Below are positions 20,384 to 48,710 of a stretch of DNA of 64,000 nt, piece by piece; position 1 is the stretch's first letter, and the number at the start of each line of letters is the position of its first letter. The stretch lies in the NCBI RefSeq assembly GCF_009914755.1, contig NC_060941.1; one strand, given 5' to 3'. A program made the position numbers and the translations under genes. Source of the DNA: the human T2T-CHM13v2.0 reference genome, Homo sapiens. Below the pieces are notes generated by a model. It saw only the letters and a program-made list of their open reading frames with translations, did not search any database and had not been told where the DNA came from.

Positions 20384-20732
20384 CAGCAGTTTCCAATCTG
20401 ACCACAGATTAGAATAACCAGATAAGTTCTTTAAATGCATTCCTCCTAGGCCTGCTGAACCAGTCACTGGGCATTAGGCCCAGAATCTGTACTTTTGACA
20501 AGTTCTCTGGATGATTCTGATGCCAAAGGGCCAGAGACTGCCACCTGACCCCTGCTCTGTACTCAAGGCGACACTGTCCAAAATGGTAGCCACTAGCAAC
20601 ATGTGGCTATTTACATTTAATTAAAATGAGGTAAAATTTTAAAATCATTTCCTTGTTACACTAGCTACCATACTCAACAGTGCAGACAGAGAACATGTCC
20701 AGCATTGCAGAAAGTTCTATTGGACAGTGCTG
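20384..20732. mobile_element. MER5A-like (~20384-20540) and MER3/MER33-like (20572-20732) hAT elements
   Basis: The second element has inverted ends cactgtccaa (20572-20581) and ttggacagtg (20720-20729). Confidence 0.65.
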
Positions 20733-22008
20733 TTCTGAGGTGATGAGAGCGGTGTTTTCTCTGACAGTAAAATTTCTGTTCCTAGGATTCTGGGGCAGGA
20801 ATGGGGTTTACAGTAAACAAATTTTTGATTCACTGGAAGATACAAAAACAATGTTTTAAATGTTAATCTTCACAGATGATAACCTTTTTAGAATATATCA
20901 TATTTCATTCAGTTCCCTGTTTTAGCAAGTACAACATAGTAAAAATTCCAGACTGGGAACCAGAAGCTATGGGTTCTAGCCTTAACAATTTTTTTTTTTT
21001 TTAAGAAGAGCAGTGGGACCATTTTTGTCAAATGAAATCATACCTCATCTCCCAATAACTAAAAGAACCAGATGCATGCAACTGGCATGTAACTCACATT
21101 TGAACCCGCTGCCCTGGCTGAAGGAGCTCCACATGCTCAGTGTCCCTTCATCCACCGAGGACCTCTACAAAATCCCTAGTTCTCCAAGAAAAGAGTTTGG
21201 AAACCAGCGGCCTAGGAAATCTTTTGAGGTTCCTTCTAGTTCTGAGAATGTAGCCCATCTGTCAGGATTCTTTGAGGGCTGGACAACTCCAACTCAGAAT
21301 ACTAACTGTCGATACTTACAAAGTACCTACTGTCATCTCATTTTCAGACATGAAGATATGGCTTAGGGAAGTGTAGTAGCACACCAAAAGTTACGCAGTT
21401 GCAGGTTGCAGAGGTGGGGTTGAACCTAGACTGCTGCCTCCTAAGCCGACATCTAAACCTTGAGCTAGCCACTTCTTTTAACTTCTCTGAGTTTCTTCTC
21501 TTAGCTCCTTCAGAGCTGTTTTGAAGACCGAATGAAGACGAGTACATGAAATGCCAATCAGGTTGCCTGGCCAACAGAAGAGGCTAAATGAATGTTCATT
21601 CCCTTGTCTGTCACCAGGCTACTAAAAGCCATCACTGAGAAGATGGGACTTCTCTGTTTCAGCACCATATAGCCAAGGTATCTTGAGCCTTACCTAGTTC
21701 ATGCAATGCTTGGAGCCTTGATTCTCCATACACGAAAGGGAAATAAAACTCTGTCTTACAGGGCCAGCTTGAAAATGTCTACAAGGGGCCAAGGCAAATC
21801 CCTCTCATGACTATTTCATCTGGAAGTAAAAACTTGTCCTTCTCTGAATGCCCAGAGGGGATAAATAGCAGAAGTAGAATGACTCAACTTCCTTAATAAG
21901 ATATTGGTTGAAAACCAATCTTCTCCCAACTTCCTCTTTTAAGTCTTCAGCTTGCCTGGCCACCAGGCCACAATAGGCAAACCTCTGCCTACTCAAAGTG
22001 CGGGGCTG

Positions 22009-36097
<14,089 letters not shown>

Positions 36098-39020
36098 TCC
36101 ATTTATAATCTTAACTGGCAACCACATCCTCATTGGAGGCTGGCTAAGCCTCCTTTTCCTCCCAACCCTCCTGGCTATCCCTAGTATGGACCAGAAACAC
36201 CTACCTTTTAATTCTGGCCCAGTAAAAGGAAACTTTAATGTCAGTAGAAGGTGGGTGGTAGATTTTGGCTACAATAATTCTTTGCACTTACAGGGGCCAC
36301 CATCCAGATATGACATCATGACATCATGCTTCACCCACAAGGAAGAGCCTCTCACTGAGAGGAGCCAGGCAGATCAGCTAGGATAACACCCAGAGTATGC
36401 ATGCACCTCCTGCACAGAAGAAAGATGCAGAAGAGCTTCGTGCACTGTGGGTTTGGACCCCTGTAATCAATCATTGAAAGTTACTAAATACCCACTCTAG
36501 GTGAGATACTGCTTGGCTAGGTAGGAAAGTGCCCTAAAGGTGTGGGCAACCTTTGAGACTTCCTGGTAATTGTATTTTCTTATCAACCTTGACCTCCTTT
36601 TGATTACATGAACCTCATGGTATAAGACAGCGTCCAACAAATAGCTTTCTGTTTACTTTTTCTTAGACCCAGGGCAGCAGCTGCTGTGGCTCCACCCTTC
36701 CCAGGCCTGGCAGAGCTTGCAGAAAGGCTGAGAGTGATAGGGTTGTGGTAGGGGAATAAAAGGAGAAGCTAGTTTAAAAAAAAAAATCCTGCTTCAGGAT
36801 TAGTTCCTTCGTTCCCTGGCAGCAGAGTACAGTGAAGAGTCTGGGTTTTATAGTTCAGGCTCTGCCATTAACTAGCTGTGTGGCCTTGGGCAACCCACTT
36901 GGCTTTCTTGGGCCACCATTTTCTCTTCTGCATTTTCTCACTGCAAAAAATGTGAATGATCATGTCCAGGCTATAATCCTAACAGCTCTTTCTGGACAGT
37001 GAGGTTAAGGTTATTTAGCCATGCCAGCAGGAGGTGACTACTGGTTGGTCCAGACTGATGGGGTATGGGTACAGGGGCTGGGTTGGTAGTCTGCCAGAGA
37101 CAGGGAACGAGATTATTTGCAAGAGCTGCAGCTTCATTAAAGTCAAGCCCTCCTTGTAGTTGGTCCTGGACATTGCTTATAGATGTCCCTGACCATAATC
37201 GGTCAAGTTCAACACCAACTGCACTAGTCCAGAACAGTGTCTGAAGAAAATCTCTGCGTTAATGGACACCTGATAGTGGCTTTAGCAGAAAGAGCGTCAG
37301 GAGAAGCTGTAGTAACCAGAACCTGGGAGGGAGGGATGGCTCAGGAGTACCCCCTGCTGCTTCTTTCTTGGTACAAATCCTGGTCCTAGAAGTGTAGACA
37401 ACTGAGATGGTGGCAGGCTTGGGATTCCTAAAGCTTTCTGAAATCCAGGGTTTAATCTAGCCTTTACAATCGCTGGAGCTCTGCAGAGACTCCAACTCAG
37501 GTGGCTGAAAAGGAGGCAGGTGGAAAAGCGTTCCTAAAAGGTTTTTCACACCAAAATAGGGCTTGTCTCTCTGCTCTCTGCCAAGGGATTTCCCAGCTCC
37601 CCAGGGCCAAAGCTCCCCTCCTGCTTCTTTGCTGACTGTCACTGGAAGCAGGCCATTTTCCACCCTCAGGGTGGCTGGACTTAGGAGTCAGTGACACTGC
37701 TGATCTGGGCTCTGTGCCCCGTCCACGATCCCCCCTCCGCTGTCAGCCCACTGGCCCCAGAAGCCTCCTGTTTACCTCCTGCCCCCTGCCTCCATAGCCC
37801 TGGGGCTGGGATGAGGCTGATTTGTGGCAGAGGGCTCCTCACGAAGGTCTGCTCAGGACTTTCTCTGCAACTGTGCTGGGGAATAAATCGCCTGTCACCT
37901 ACACCCCTGCATGGGTGACTCACCTTCCAGAGAAAGTGCTCTGCTCACCTAAGCAAAGCTGCTTGGAAAATGACTAAGGCACCTATCAAATGCACTCTGT
38001 GGGGCCAACCAGTTATGGAGCAAGGTCCAGGCACACTCTGCCTCTCACCTCCAGCCTGAAGTCAAGTGCAGAGCTGCCACGCCAGGCCTGCTGGTTTCAT
38101 TTTCATCTGAACCGAGCTCCACATGAGGCTTGACATCCGGTGATCTATTTTTTCTAAAAACTAGCTTCACTTTAGAAATGACTCTTCGGCCATCAAGTCA
38201 GCTTCCCCAAGAGAAAACAAAATGTTATTTAAAGGGAACAGTAGCCTGGTGAGAGCCTATATTTTTGTTTTGTATTAAGGTGAAAAAAGACTTTAAAATA
38301 TAACATGAAACTTTTTTTTTCCCTTGTGAGATTAAAACAAACGTTTTTCTTTCAAGAGATGGGGTCTCGCTATGTTGCCCATAGCTACTTGACCTCCTGG
38401 GCTCAAGTGATCCTCCCGCCTCAGCCTCTCAAGTAGCTGGGACTAAAGAAACACACGTCACCATTCCAGGCTTCTTGTGAGATTTAAAGGGGAATCTGCA
38501 AGTCCTTGACTGCAGATCGTGGGCCCCCAGACAGAGTCTCAGAGAGAAGCTGACAAAGACATCTTTACGAGGGGGAAAGGGTGGTGAGCTGGGGATGCCA
38601 TGTGGTAGTGGGAACCTCATCCCACAGAACCAAATGTTCCCTCCTGTTCCCCCAAAGAACAAGTCCTTGCTGATCTACATGCCATACAGTATTTTCCCTT
38701 TCCTCACCTCCAGGATTAATGCAGGAACCTACTTGATCACGTGTGGGACACAGGAAGCCCCTAGACAGGCCTAGCTGTGTCTCCAGCTCAGAGTTAGGAT
38801 TGTCAACTGGGCAGAGCCTGGACCTTTGTAGCCTCATTTGGAGTATGGTGAGGGCAGTATATAGTGTAAGACAGGGAGAACCCGAGAGCTGAAGCTTTTA
38901 GACTGAAGGACTGTCCCCCTAAAGGTCCTACTGAGAAAATGACTCTGGCCTGTCAGGCAGTCTGACCCTTCTTGACATCATCTTACAGAAAACAGGTTTA
39001 GTCACAATGCAGTAATTGGC

Positions 39021-39113
39021 AACTACTACTGCTACTATTACTACTACTACTACTACTACTATTACTACCACCACCAAACACCACCAACAAGAACAACAAC
39101 AACAACAACAACA
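39021..39113. repeat. Compound trinucleotide microsatellite (ACT)n-(ACC)n-(AAC)n
   Basis: Read directly from the sequence. Confidence 0.92.
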
Positions 39114-42100
39114 GTTACAGCCTCTATGTTCTGTGCTGGGCACTGGGCTCAGCACTTTACATATCTCCTCTCATTTTCTACTCAAAACAGCCCCATGAAG
39201 TATTTCTGATCCCATTCACAGATGAGGCACCTGATGATTAGAGAAGTGAAGTGATTTGCTTGCGGGCACACAGGCAGGCCGTGGCAGACCTCGACCTGAC
39301 CCAGGTCTCTCTGACCTGACAGCCTCAGCCACCACATGTGACACGGAGACACCAAGGACTTGTTCTGTTGCTCTGGACAAATCACGGGCTCTCTGCCTTT
39401 GTTTCTACATCTGGAAAATGGGCACAAGCACACCTGTCCAGGCAGCAGGCTATTCATCTTTTGGCCTTTTATTAATTAAAAATCAATATCAATTAATAAT
39501 TGATTGGTACAATAAATAAATAAAGCTGCTACCCTGGTTTCGTTATGTTCAAAATTGACATGTTTGGGGGAAGAAAATCCTTATCGTTTCATGAGCAAGG
39601 TAGTAGAAAAAGCAGTGACCTAGATATCAAGAAAAGGGGGTTTAGATTCTGAGCAATCCTGTCTGTTTCTCCTTATGAGGCTTCACTTTTCTGATCTTTG
39701 TCCCTGCCCTTCTTCACATGAGTATGGTGTGAAAATACAAAGACTGGCCATAAAATTATTCTTGATGCCACATAATTTCAAGGGATTTCTATCAGGGAGC
39801 TGAGGGATTAAGACATGTAGAAAAGCAAGAAGGGAAGAGGCTCCTTTAAACTAGAATACAAAGAGCACACCGGCCACTGAAGAAAAATGACTTTTTCTGC
39901 ATTGTCATTCAGGCAGTCATAAGCCCAGAACAAAAAAATCTCATACTTCAATGTCCTGCTCAGCTCAACAGAAATGCTCCCCTACAATTTGCCCTACGTC
40001 TGGCCTTCCCTTTTTGGGCTACTACTTTCAGCATTTTAGCCAGCATCACCGAGTAAATGCAAAACCTTCACACATGCATCACTTTGAATGCCCACCCAGC
40101 TCTTGCAGATGCTCAGCCCCATTCTGTTCCCTTACTAGGGAATCCTGGTGTGTGGAGACCAGAGGGGCTGACATCCTTAGAGCTCCCTAAATCCACTGAC
40201 ATGGAATTGTCCCCGGCCCACCAATTTCACACTGGTGCCATCAATAGTGCCCATAATGCTCAGATGTTTCCAGTTTAACTGAAATACTAAAATGGGGCAA
40301 ACAGGAAGCATCAGACACAACTGTGGTAGTGACTTATTAATCACGAAAGCAGAATTTTAGTTGCATTTTAACCTTTTGCCAGGAAAAAAAAAAAAACAAC
40401 CTTGAGATGATGGAAGCCATTAGTAGAAGTACGCTGCCTTTATGCGTATTGGGCTGACTTAGACTTTTTACTTAGGACTGACTTTGCTTTTAAGATTTCT
40501 GAACTTTCCCCCCAGAAAGAACATCTGTCAAACCAACCAATATGAATCTGTCAGCTCTTCATCGAGGCAGGCAGGCTTGTTAGGAAAGCCCATGTGCTGT
40601 CCATTGAGACAGGAAAAAAAATAGGAAGTTAAAAGTGCCTTCACAGGCCAAAGTGATACAACACTGTTCAGAGGGTGCCAACAACGAAGAAAACAACCCT
40701 GGATAAAGCTTTCATCTCTTTCACATCTCCGCAGATCTCTCACCAGACCCTAGCCAGGGATGAACTGTTATCAATCACCAAAAAAAAAAAAAAAATCACA
40801 ACAGTTGCCGAGGGCTGGACAACCAATCAGCGCAAGCCATCTTCTCAGCAGTAAATGATATACACATATTCCAGGCAGATCACAAAGGAGTCAGTGTTCA
40901 ACAGGAGAACCAAAATGAGGAACCAAACCTTCATCTGTTGAGGCGAAACAGCCCAACCAGACATTTTTGTTTAATAGAGGGAGACTGATTTGGCAGGGTC
41001 TCTGTGGTGCCGCTCCCACAAACTCTTAACAGACAATACCAATGACAAAAAACCCCCTTCAGAACTGCTTCTTATAATCAGAAAACACTCAGAAGATGGC
41101 CTGAAGCTTGGCAGCGTCTTGCTGTCTGATTTCACAAAGAGCTGGTACACATACCTGGGTACTTATCTCTAAAATTAGAGTCAGAGACGATTACTTTTAT
41201 TTTGAGATCTTCTGAGAAGTTCTCCACACCCTTCAAAATAAATAAGGATGTCCGAAAGGTGTCTGAAAAATTCAGAGGTCTGGCATCGCTCCAAAGAAAC
41301 TGATTGATATCACTTAAAAAACACCAAGAGTAAATCCAAACACAACCAAAGTAAGGCAAGCACTTTTTAAGTGTCCTCTCACATTAAGAGCATAAAAACC
41401 ACACCAAAAACTTCTCCCTCCTTTCTGCATCTCAGTTCTATAATGTGGTCCTGATCTAGGATTCTGGGAAAGACCCATCCTTAGTCCCAGCTATGAGGCA
41501 TCAGGCAAGATATATACCACCCCCACTCCCTCATACACACCTGCCTCAGGTGCCTCGCCCATAAAACAAGACACTACAATCTGTCTTACCACACAGCCAT
41601 CTGAAGGAAAACGGAGCTCACAGGTATGAAGACACTAAGCAAAAAACACATCACTAATGTTAAGATACTGTCTCCTTCTAATCTTTCAGAAAGACCATGT
41701 TTCTAGTCAAGGGGTTTCCAACATTTTTCTTGGAATAAACTCCAGACTCCTATTTTATATCATGACCTCACTCTAATCATTTAATTTCATGTGCTTTTAA
41801 AGTCCTTAATTAAGTCATTGGTGTTCATTGTCTCCAGCGATCAAAAGTAGTTTTACCATTTACTTTGCTGATGTATGTACCTTTTCACCACTTATCCTCT
41901 CCCTCATTCATACCTCCAGTCCACCCTTTAGGGCCGAGAGCAACTTTTTAACCTCGACTAGGAAGGAAACACTTTTTCTGAAGCTACCCAGCACTAAGGA
42001 GGCTCCCGGGCAGGTGGGAAACGTACGTACAAGTGGCCCCTCTCTGCCTGGTGCCCAGTGGCTGCAAGATGCCAGGGCCACGATGGGTTTCCAAGATGGG

Positions 42101-42149
42101 AATGTTATATTTGAACCGACAGATAAAGTCCCGAGTTGGAGAGCCCAGA

Positions 42150-43530
42150 AGAATTACAGAGGAGGACTGGGGTCCGAGGGCGGAGGGAGGATGCTGCGGG
42201 CGGCCAGCACTGCCCCGCTGCATGCTGAGGACAGGCTTAGCTCCTGCTCCCCGCCTTGAGGTGTGACCTGAGAACTTCCCATGAAAGGCCGGGAGGGTTT
42301 CACGCCAGGGCAGATGCCAGGGCGCACTCCTGCAGGAGACACGTCCGCCCCGCGGCAGGCGAGCTCCATCCTGGGGGCACTGGGGCGCAGAGCAGGCGGG
42401 CGGGCCTGGCGGCGGCGCGGGGCACTAGTGAAGGGGAAGCAGGCGGCCCCTGCGCGCGCTCGGAGCCAGCGTGTGGCCAGCAGGAGTGCGCGGCCTGGAG
42501 GCCCGGGGCGAGCGCGGCACCGGCAGCGCGTGCGAGGGCGCGCCCGCGGACCGCTGCGAGTGGGTTGGACGGGGTACGTCGGACTGCGCTGGCCTGGCCG
42601 CCGACCCCACTGCTCCGGGGCGAGGGGCCAGGCCGCAGCCCAGCCCGGGGCTGAGAGGCGATCCATCCCAGCCGCTCCCTGGTCGCCTCGCACCGGGCCC
42701 CAGGGTCCCGCCCCGTCACCTACCGGCCAAGCGCCGATCTCCCCAACCAAGCGAGTGTTGCGCTCCGCTCGCCCGCGATCTCCCGCCGCCGGCCGCCGAC
42801 CGCTGAGCTCCCGGCCCGTGGTCGCCCCGCCCCGGTCCCGGGCTCCGCCCCCTCGCCTTCTCGGCCGCCCCCGGGGCCACGCCTCCCCCGGAGGCTGTAA
42901 CTTTGCCTCGCTTCGCGCCTCCTTTCTTTGGCCGCACCGCGACCCGTGGCCCCGCCCACTCCCCTACGCCAACCAATGAGACGGTCGTCCCGGCAAGCCC
43001 GTCTTCCCGCTCCCTAGCAACGATTGGTTAACGAGGCCTGGTTTCCAGAAATGGGCACTATTTCCGGACGATGTTTGTAGAAGGGAGATCGCTGGGCGGG
43101 CGGACTGACAGAAGGCGGAGGCGACTAGGGTGTTGGTGGAACCACACATGCGCCCTCGGCTTCTGGCAGTCTTACCAGCTGCGTTCTCGAGGTTACGGGA
43201 AGGAAGGGCGAGTGTGCGCATGCGTGGGCACTCCCTGCCACTGACTTCGGTTACCTTGGAGACAGCGAGGCGCTCTCCCTCGTGGGTCGCGCGCGTTCCG
43301 CTTCCTCTCTGCTGCCAAGCGGTGGCGGCTGAGGCGGGAGGTGGTGGGGGTAGAGACGTTTTTATTGAGCTCTTACCGTGTGCCTGGTCCTGTAGAATCC
43401 CTGGAATGAGTAAAGAAGGTTACAGTGCCTGCCCTCGAGAAGCTTGGGGAGCCAAGGGCTTACAGGGGCCCGACCTGTGGGTTGAAACCCAGGTACAAAG
43501 AGAGCATGTGGGTGCGTGGCGTGGTACGAG
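42150..43530. promoter_or_regulatory. CpG-island, TATA-less promoter of MAP3K14
   Basis: Very high GC and CpG density. GC boxes at ~42825-42851 and ~42950; CCAAT at 42973-42977 (+) and 43023-43027 (-); RFX-like motifs at 43009-43021 and 43250-43263; NRF1-like TGCGCATGCGTG at 43215-43226. Confidence 0.9.
42724..42790 (-). other. MAP3K14: MAP3K14 non-coding exon 1 (5' UTR); TSS position approximate
   Basis: Lies inside the CpG island just downstream of GC boxes; donor CCG|gtaggt at 42722-42723; no ATG. The 5' end cannot be fixed from sequence. Confidence 0.75.
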
Positions 43531-43776
43531 CGCTGAGCAAAGCATCTGCTCTCTGGGTTTGCAGACCACAGAGCCGGCAAGAGGATGAGAGCTTGATGTA
43601 TGCAAAGAAAGGACCTGGAGTTCAGAATATGCATTGAAGTGTCAACAGTGCTTCTTTCTGAATGGGGGTCGGGGGTGGGGAGTAGGGAAGGTATAGAAAC
43701 TTTTTCTAACTTTTGCCCCTCTGTATTATCTAGTGTTTCCACACTGAGCTTGTATTTTATTTGTAATAAATTCCAG

Positions 43777-44045
43777 GCCAGGCACGGTGGCTCACTCCTG
43801 TAATCCCAGCGCTTTTGGGAGGCAAAGGCAGGAGGATCGCTTGAGGCCAGGAGTTGGAGAACATCCTGGGCAATATAGCAAGGACCTCGTCCTTGCAAAA
43901 AAATAAAAGAATAGCCAGGCGTGGTAGTTTGCACTTGCAGTCCCAGCTAGAGGGGAGGCTGAGAGTCTGAGGTTACAGTGAGCCATGATCGTGCCACTGC
44001 ACTCCAGCCTGGGTAACAGAGTGAGGCAGTCCTTTAAAAAAAAAA
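43777..44045 (+). mobile_element. AluJ
   Basis: Diverged Alu consensus. Confidence 0.85.
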
Positions 44046-45584
44046 TCCAAACTTTTTTTTTTATTGCAAAATAAAAGATGTACTCCTACCCTGGGCATCC
44101 CACTTCCATGAAGGGTCCATGGTAGGTGTGGTGAGTGGCTCTAGTCCGGGGATAGGCAGGCCCCACCCAAGGCTGTCTTGAAAAGTAAGGAACACCCCAT
44201 CTCTGGAAGTGTTTGAGCAAAGACCACCATCTGCTTGAGACTACTTTGCAGACAGTCCGAAGCTGAACTCTTCTTTCTGGATATCTGTGCCAAACAGTCA
44301 TCTCTGCTGGGGAATAGGGAAGACCATTTATTTAGGCAGTGGTCAAAAACTCACAACCTGAGGGCCTCATTCACTCACCCAGGCCAGAAATATGCTTTGT
44401 TTGGCTGGCCCAATATTTTTTTAAATTTGAATTTGAATGCCTTAGAGCAGAGCCTGCGGTTCCTTACAGTTCCCGCCACCCAACCATCTAACCTTATGTC
44501 ACCTGTCTGGCCCCTGGAGCATTTGAGGTTGTGGCTCCCGTAGAGTCCGTGCTTTAGAGCCAAACAGTCTCTGGCGCCCACCCTGGCTCTGCCACTGACT
44601 AGCTGGGAGATGGCAGACAAGAAAGAAGCTGGACTGGTGGCCCCCAAATCTCTTTCCACCCCTAGGGTTTTGCATTTCAGTGACTCAGGGAAAGGCAGAG
44701 CTTGGCCAGATGTACAGGTTGGTATTGGCAATCTTGGATGCCCTTATTGCCTCTCCCACCACCTGTTTGCCTCTGGGCACACCACTTCTCAGGAAAGATG
44801 TGGGCACACCTCCAGAGTCTGCAGACACTCCCTGGCTTGCCTTTGCCTTCTCTCTCTTTCACTATTCCTTCTTTAAAACACCCAGTGTCTCTGTACTTTG
44901 CCCAGGTTCCCTTGACACCTCTGGTCCTGGGTCCCCTGTACACTCCCACCTACCCCATCAAGATGATCTGTCTTTAAGTCCGTCCCTGAACATTAATGTG
45001 TATTAATCAGAGACAGTGAACTGTGTTGACTCAAAACTGTAACTCTGGAGAAGGAATGTCACATCAGGTTGCAGGGGAGGAGCAAACCACTAAACACTGG
45101 TAAGGAAGATATTCGGGATAAGCAAGGCCTCTCCGTTTCAGCTACTTTTCTGAGGTCTTTCCAAGCCCCACTGTGTGTGGGTGAGGTGAGAAACAATACA
45201 CCTACCCAGAGTGAGCAGTGTGGTGTCTCTGAGTCTTGAAATGCTTGCACCCTCTGGAAGGAGAGCTTCGGGACGAGATTACTTCCTCCAAGCTTAAGTC
45301 AAGACAACCTGGGAAAGCTTCTGGCCTTGAGTCACTTGTGCAGCCTCAGCTCTGCTTTAAATACAAGAAATTGACATTTACAGGATGACTCACACCTGGA
45401 GCAGTGAACTAGGTTCTCAGTACTCAAGGGTTCTCACACCCCATCCATTTCAGGTCTGGAAATAGCGTTAAGACTGTGCTATTCCGAAAGAATCGCAGCT
45501 TGTTTTCTGATACTTTACAAAAAGTAAGCCAGATAGACTTAGAGTACTTCATGTGCATAACCTCACTGAATGTTCCCTCTAGGC

Positions 45585-46472
<888 letters not shown>

Positions 46473-48356
46473 CAGTCTGACCCCATTGAATAGGTAGTAT
46501 TACTGTCCCCATTTCACTGATGAGCAAACTGAAGCTCAGACAGAAGTAACTTTCCCAGTGTCACTTTGCTGTAACAGGAGACCCAGGATTCAAACCATGT
46601 CTGACTTCAGAGCCCCTGCCCTCCTGCATGCCGGACTCTGCAGAGAGACTTCAGGGTTCAGGGAGCCAATTGCCCATCAGTTCTCTAGGACAGTGCTGAA
46701 GAGTGAGTAAATCAGTGAAGGAATGCTATCCTTGGATCATTTTTCCTTTTCTGTTTGCCTTGGAAGAAAGGAAATTATATTCTGGTTTTTATTGCCTTAG
46801 TCAGCATGGTTTATGGTGCTGAGCCATGTCCAGTGAGAAAGTGGCTGATGAGTCATCTGAATGTGGATTTCAGGCCCCAAATTACTGTGAGATTCTGAAG
46901 TTACACTTGAGAATTCAGATGTGAGGCTGAGATAAGAGATGACTGGGGACTGTAGGGTGGATGTTCCTGGAGGAGAGCAGTTTTCCTTTCCCTGTCGGGA
47001 CTGCCTGAAGTTGCAGCCACAGTGCTGTTGCTGCCCTCCCCAGCTTGGACCTGCCCTACTGCTGCTGTTAGCTGAGGTCTATGGAGAGGCCAGGGAGGCA
47101 GGAGGGGAAATGGATAAATGGATGCAGGCAAAGTGTGATCCATTCTCTCTAGCTATTTTGTGATCAGTGATCTCATATTGGTAGCTTGAAATTGGACATG
47201 TTGGGAGTATTTATACCATGGAAGTTGGCAAACAGTATAAATCAGGGCTACCCATCCTGAGTTGGTTGTTAAACACCTGCTGGCACACCACTGTGTGCTG
47301 GTTCTGGCCTGTGCCTGCTGCCCACCAAACCAACCCCACATAGGGAGATGGCAGGGGGCACCACAAACCACAGAGCTGCTGTAGAAGAGGAGGGGCCATG
47401 GCGATGTGGGTGAGGGGGAGAGGAGTGCCAATTTCAGCAAAGAATGGAGGTGAGGGCTGGTAGGGGACTCTGGAGGGTACTGGGCAAAGATGACCTTACA
47501 AGAACAGGTCCTGGGCACACCTTCCAGAGATCTAGCCTCCTCTCCCAACTTTGGAGCCTTCTTAGGGTGCCCTGGCTTGACACAAATTCTTCTCATTTCC
47601 TGATTTGGAGATTTTCCCCTCCAGACTCACCTGCTTACCTCTAGTCTCCTCTCCACACTATCCTCAAGCCTTCTGGTGAATTGAATCTTCCTAAGAGATC
47701 GCATAGGTCCTGTCATTCCACTCCCAATGTCCCAGCATCTCCTGCCCTTCGATATCTCCCTCCTTTCGCTTCTTCCTTTCAACCTACAAATGAGGTCAAG
47801 CCGAGGACACCCTAAAAACAACAAACAAACAAAACCTTGCTAGTTCTGGCTTTCCCCTGCACTGTTAGCCCAGCCTTCTTTCCCCCTTCACTCCCAAACT
47901 TCTTGAAAGTCTGCTTCATCTCCCACCCAAGTGGGCTCCTTACAGCCTGGTTTCTGCTCACCAGCCCTTCTCTCCATGAACTGCCTCCTAGTAGATGACC
48001 TTGTCTCAGTTTCTTATCTGCAGCCAGCCACAAATGTGATGCACTGAGCTCCTCTGTGTCAGGCTCTGGGTAGGAAGCATGGAACCTCCAGACCAGTCCC
48101 TGCCCTTAGGGAGCTTCCTTGAACAGGTAGCAACAGATGAGGACTTAAGCCACTGCAAGTGTGGCAAGAAGATGGGGAGACTGTATCATGTCAGGTAGGA
48201 TCCAGCCAGGAAAACAGGACCCATTTTGAGGGTTTTTTTTTTTTTAATTTTGATAGAGGTAGGGGTCTCCCTGTGTTGCCCAGGCTGATCTTGATCTCCT
48301 GGCCTCAAACGATTCTCCCGCCTTGGCCTCCCAAAGCACTGGGATTACAGGCATGA

Positions 48357-48710
<354 letters not shown>

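Noticed and set aside
38928-39198. Poly-Thr/Gln and poly-Cys/Val ORFs
   Set aside because: Translations of the compound microsatellite.
43009-43027. CCCTAGCAAC followed by GATTGG, resembling an MHC class II X-Y (CIITA) module
   Set aside because: The motifs abut, lacking the required ~20-bp X-Y spacing, and there is no X2 or S box. Treated as separate RFX and NF-Y sites.
42154-43588. Long Arg/Pro/Gly/Ala-rich ORFs (up to 232 aa) on both strands
   Set aside because: Stop-codon scarcity in a CpG island; overlapping in several frames with no recognisable domain.
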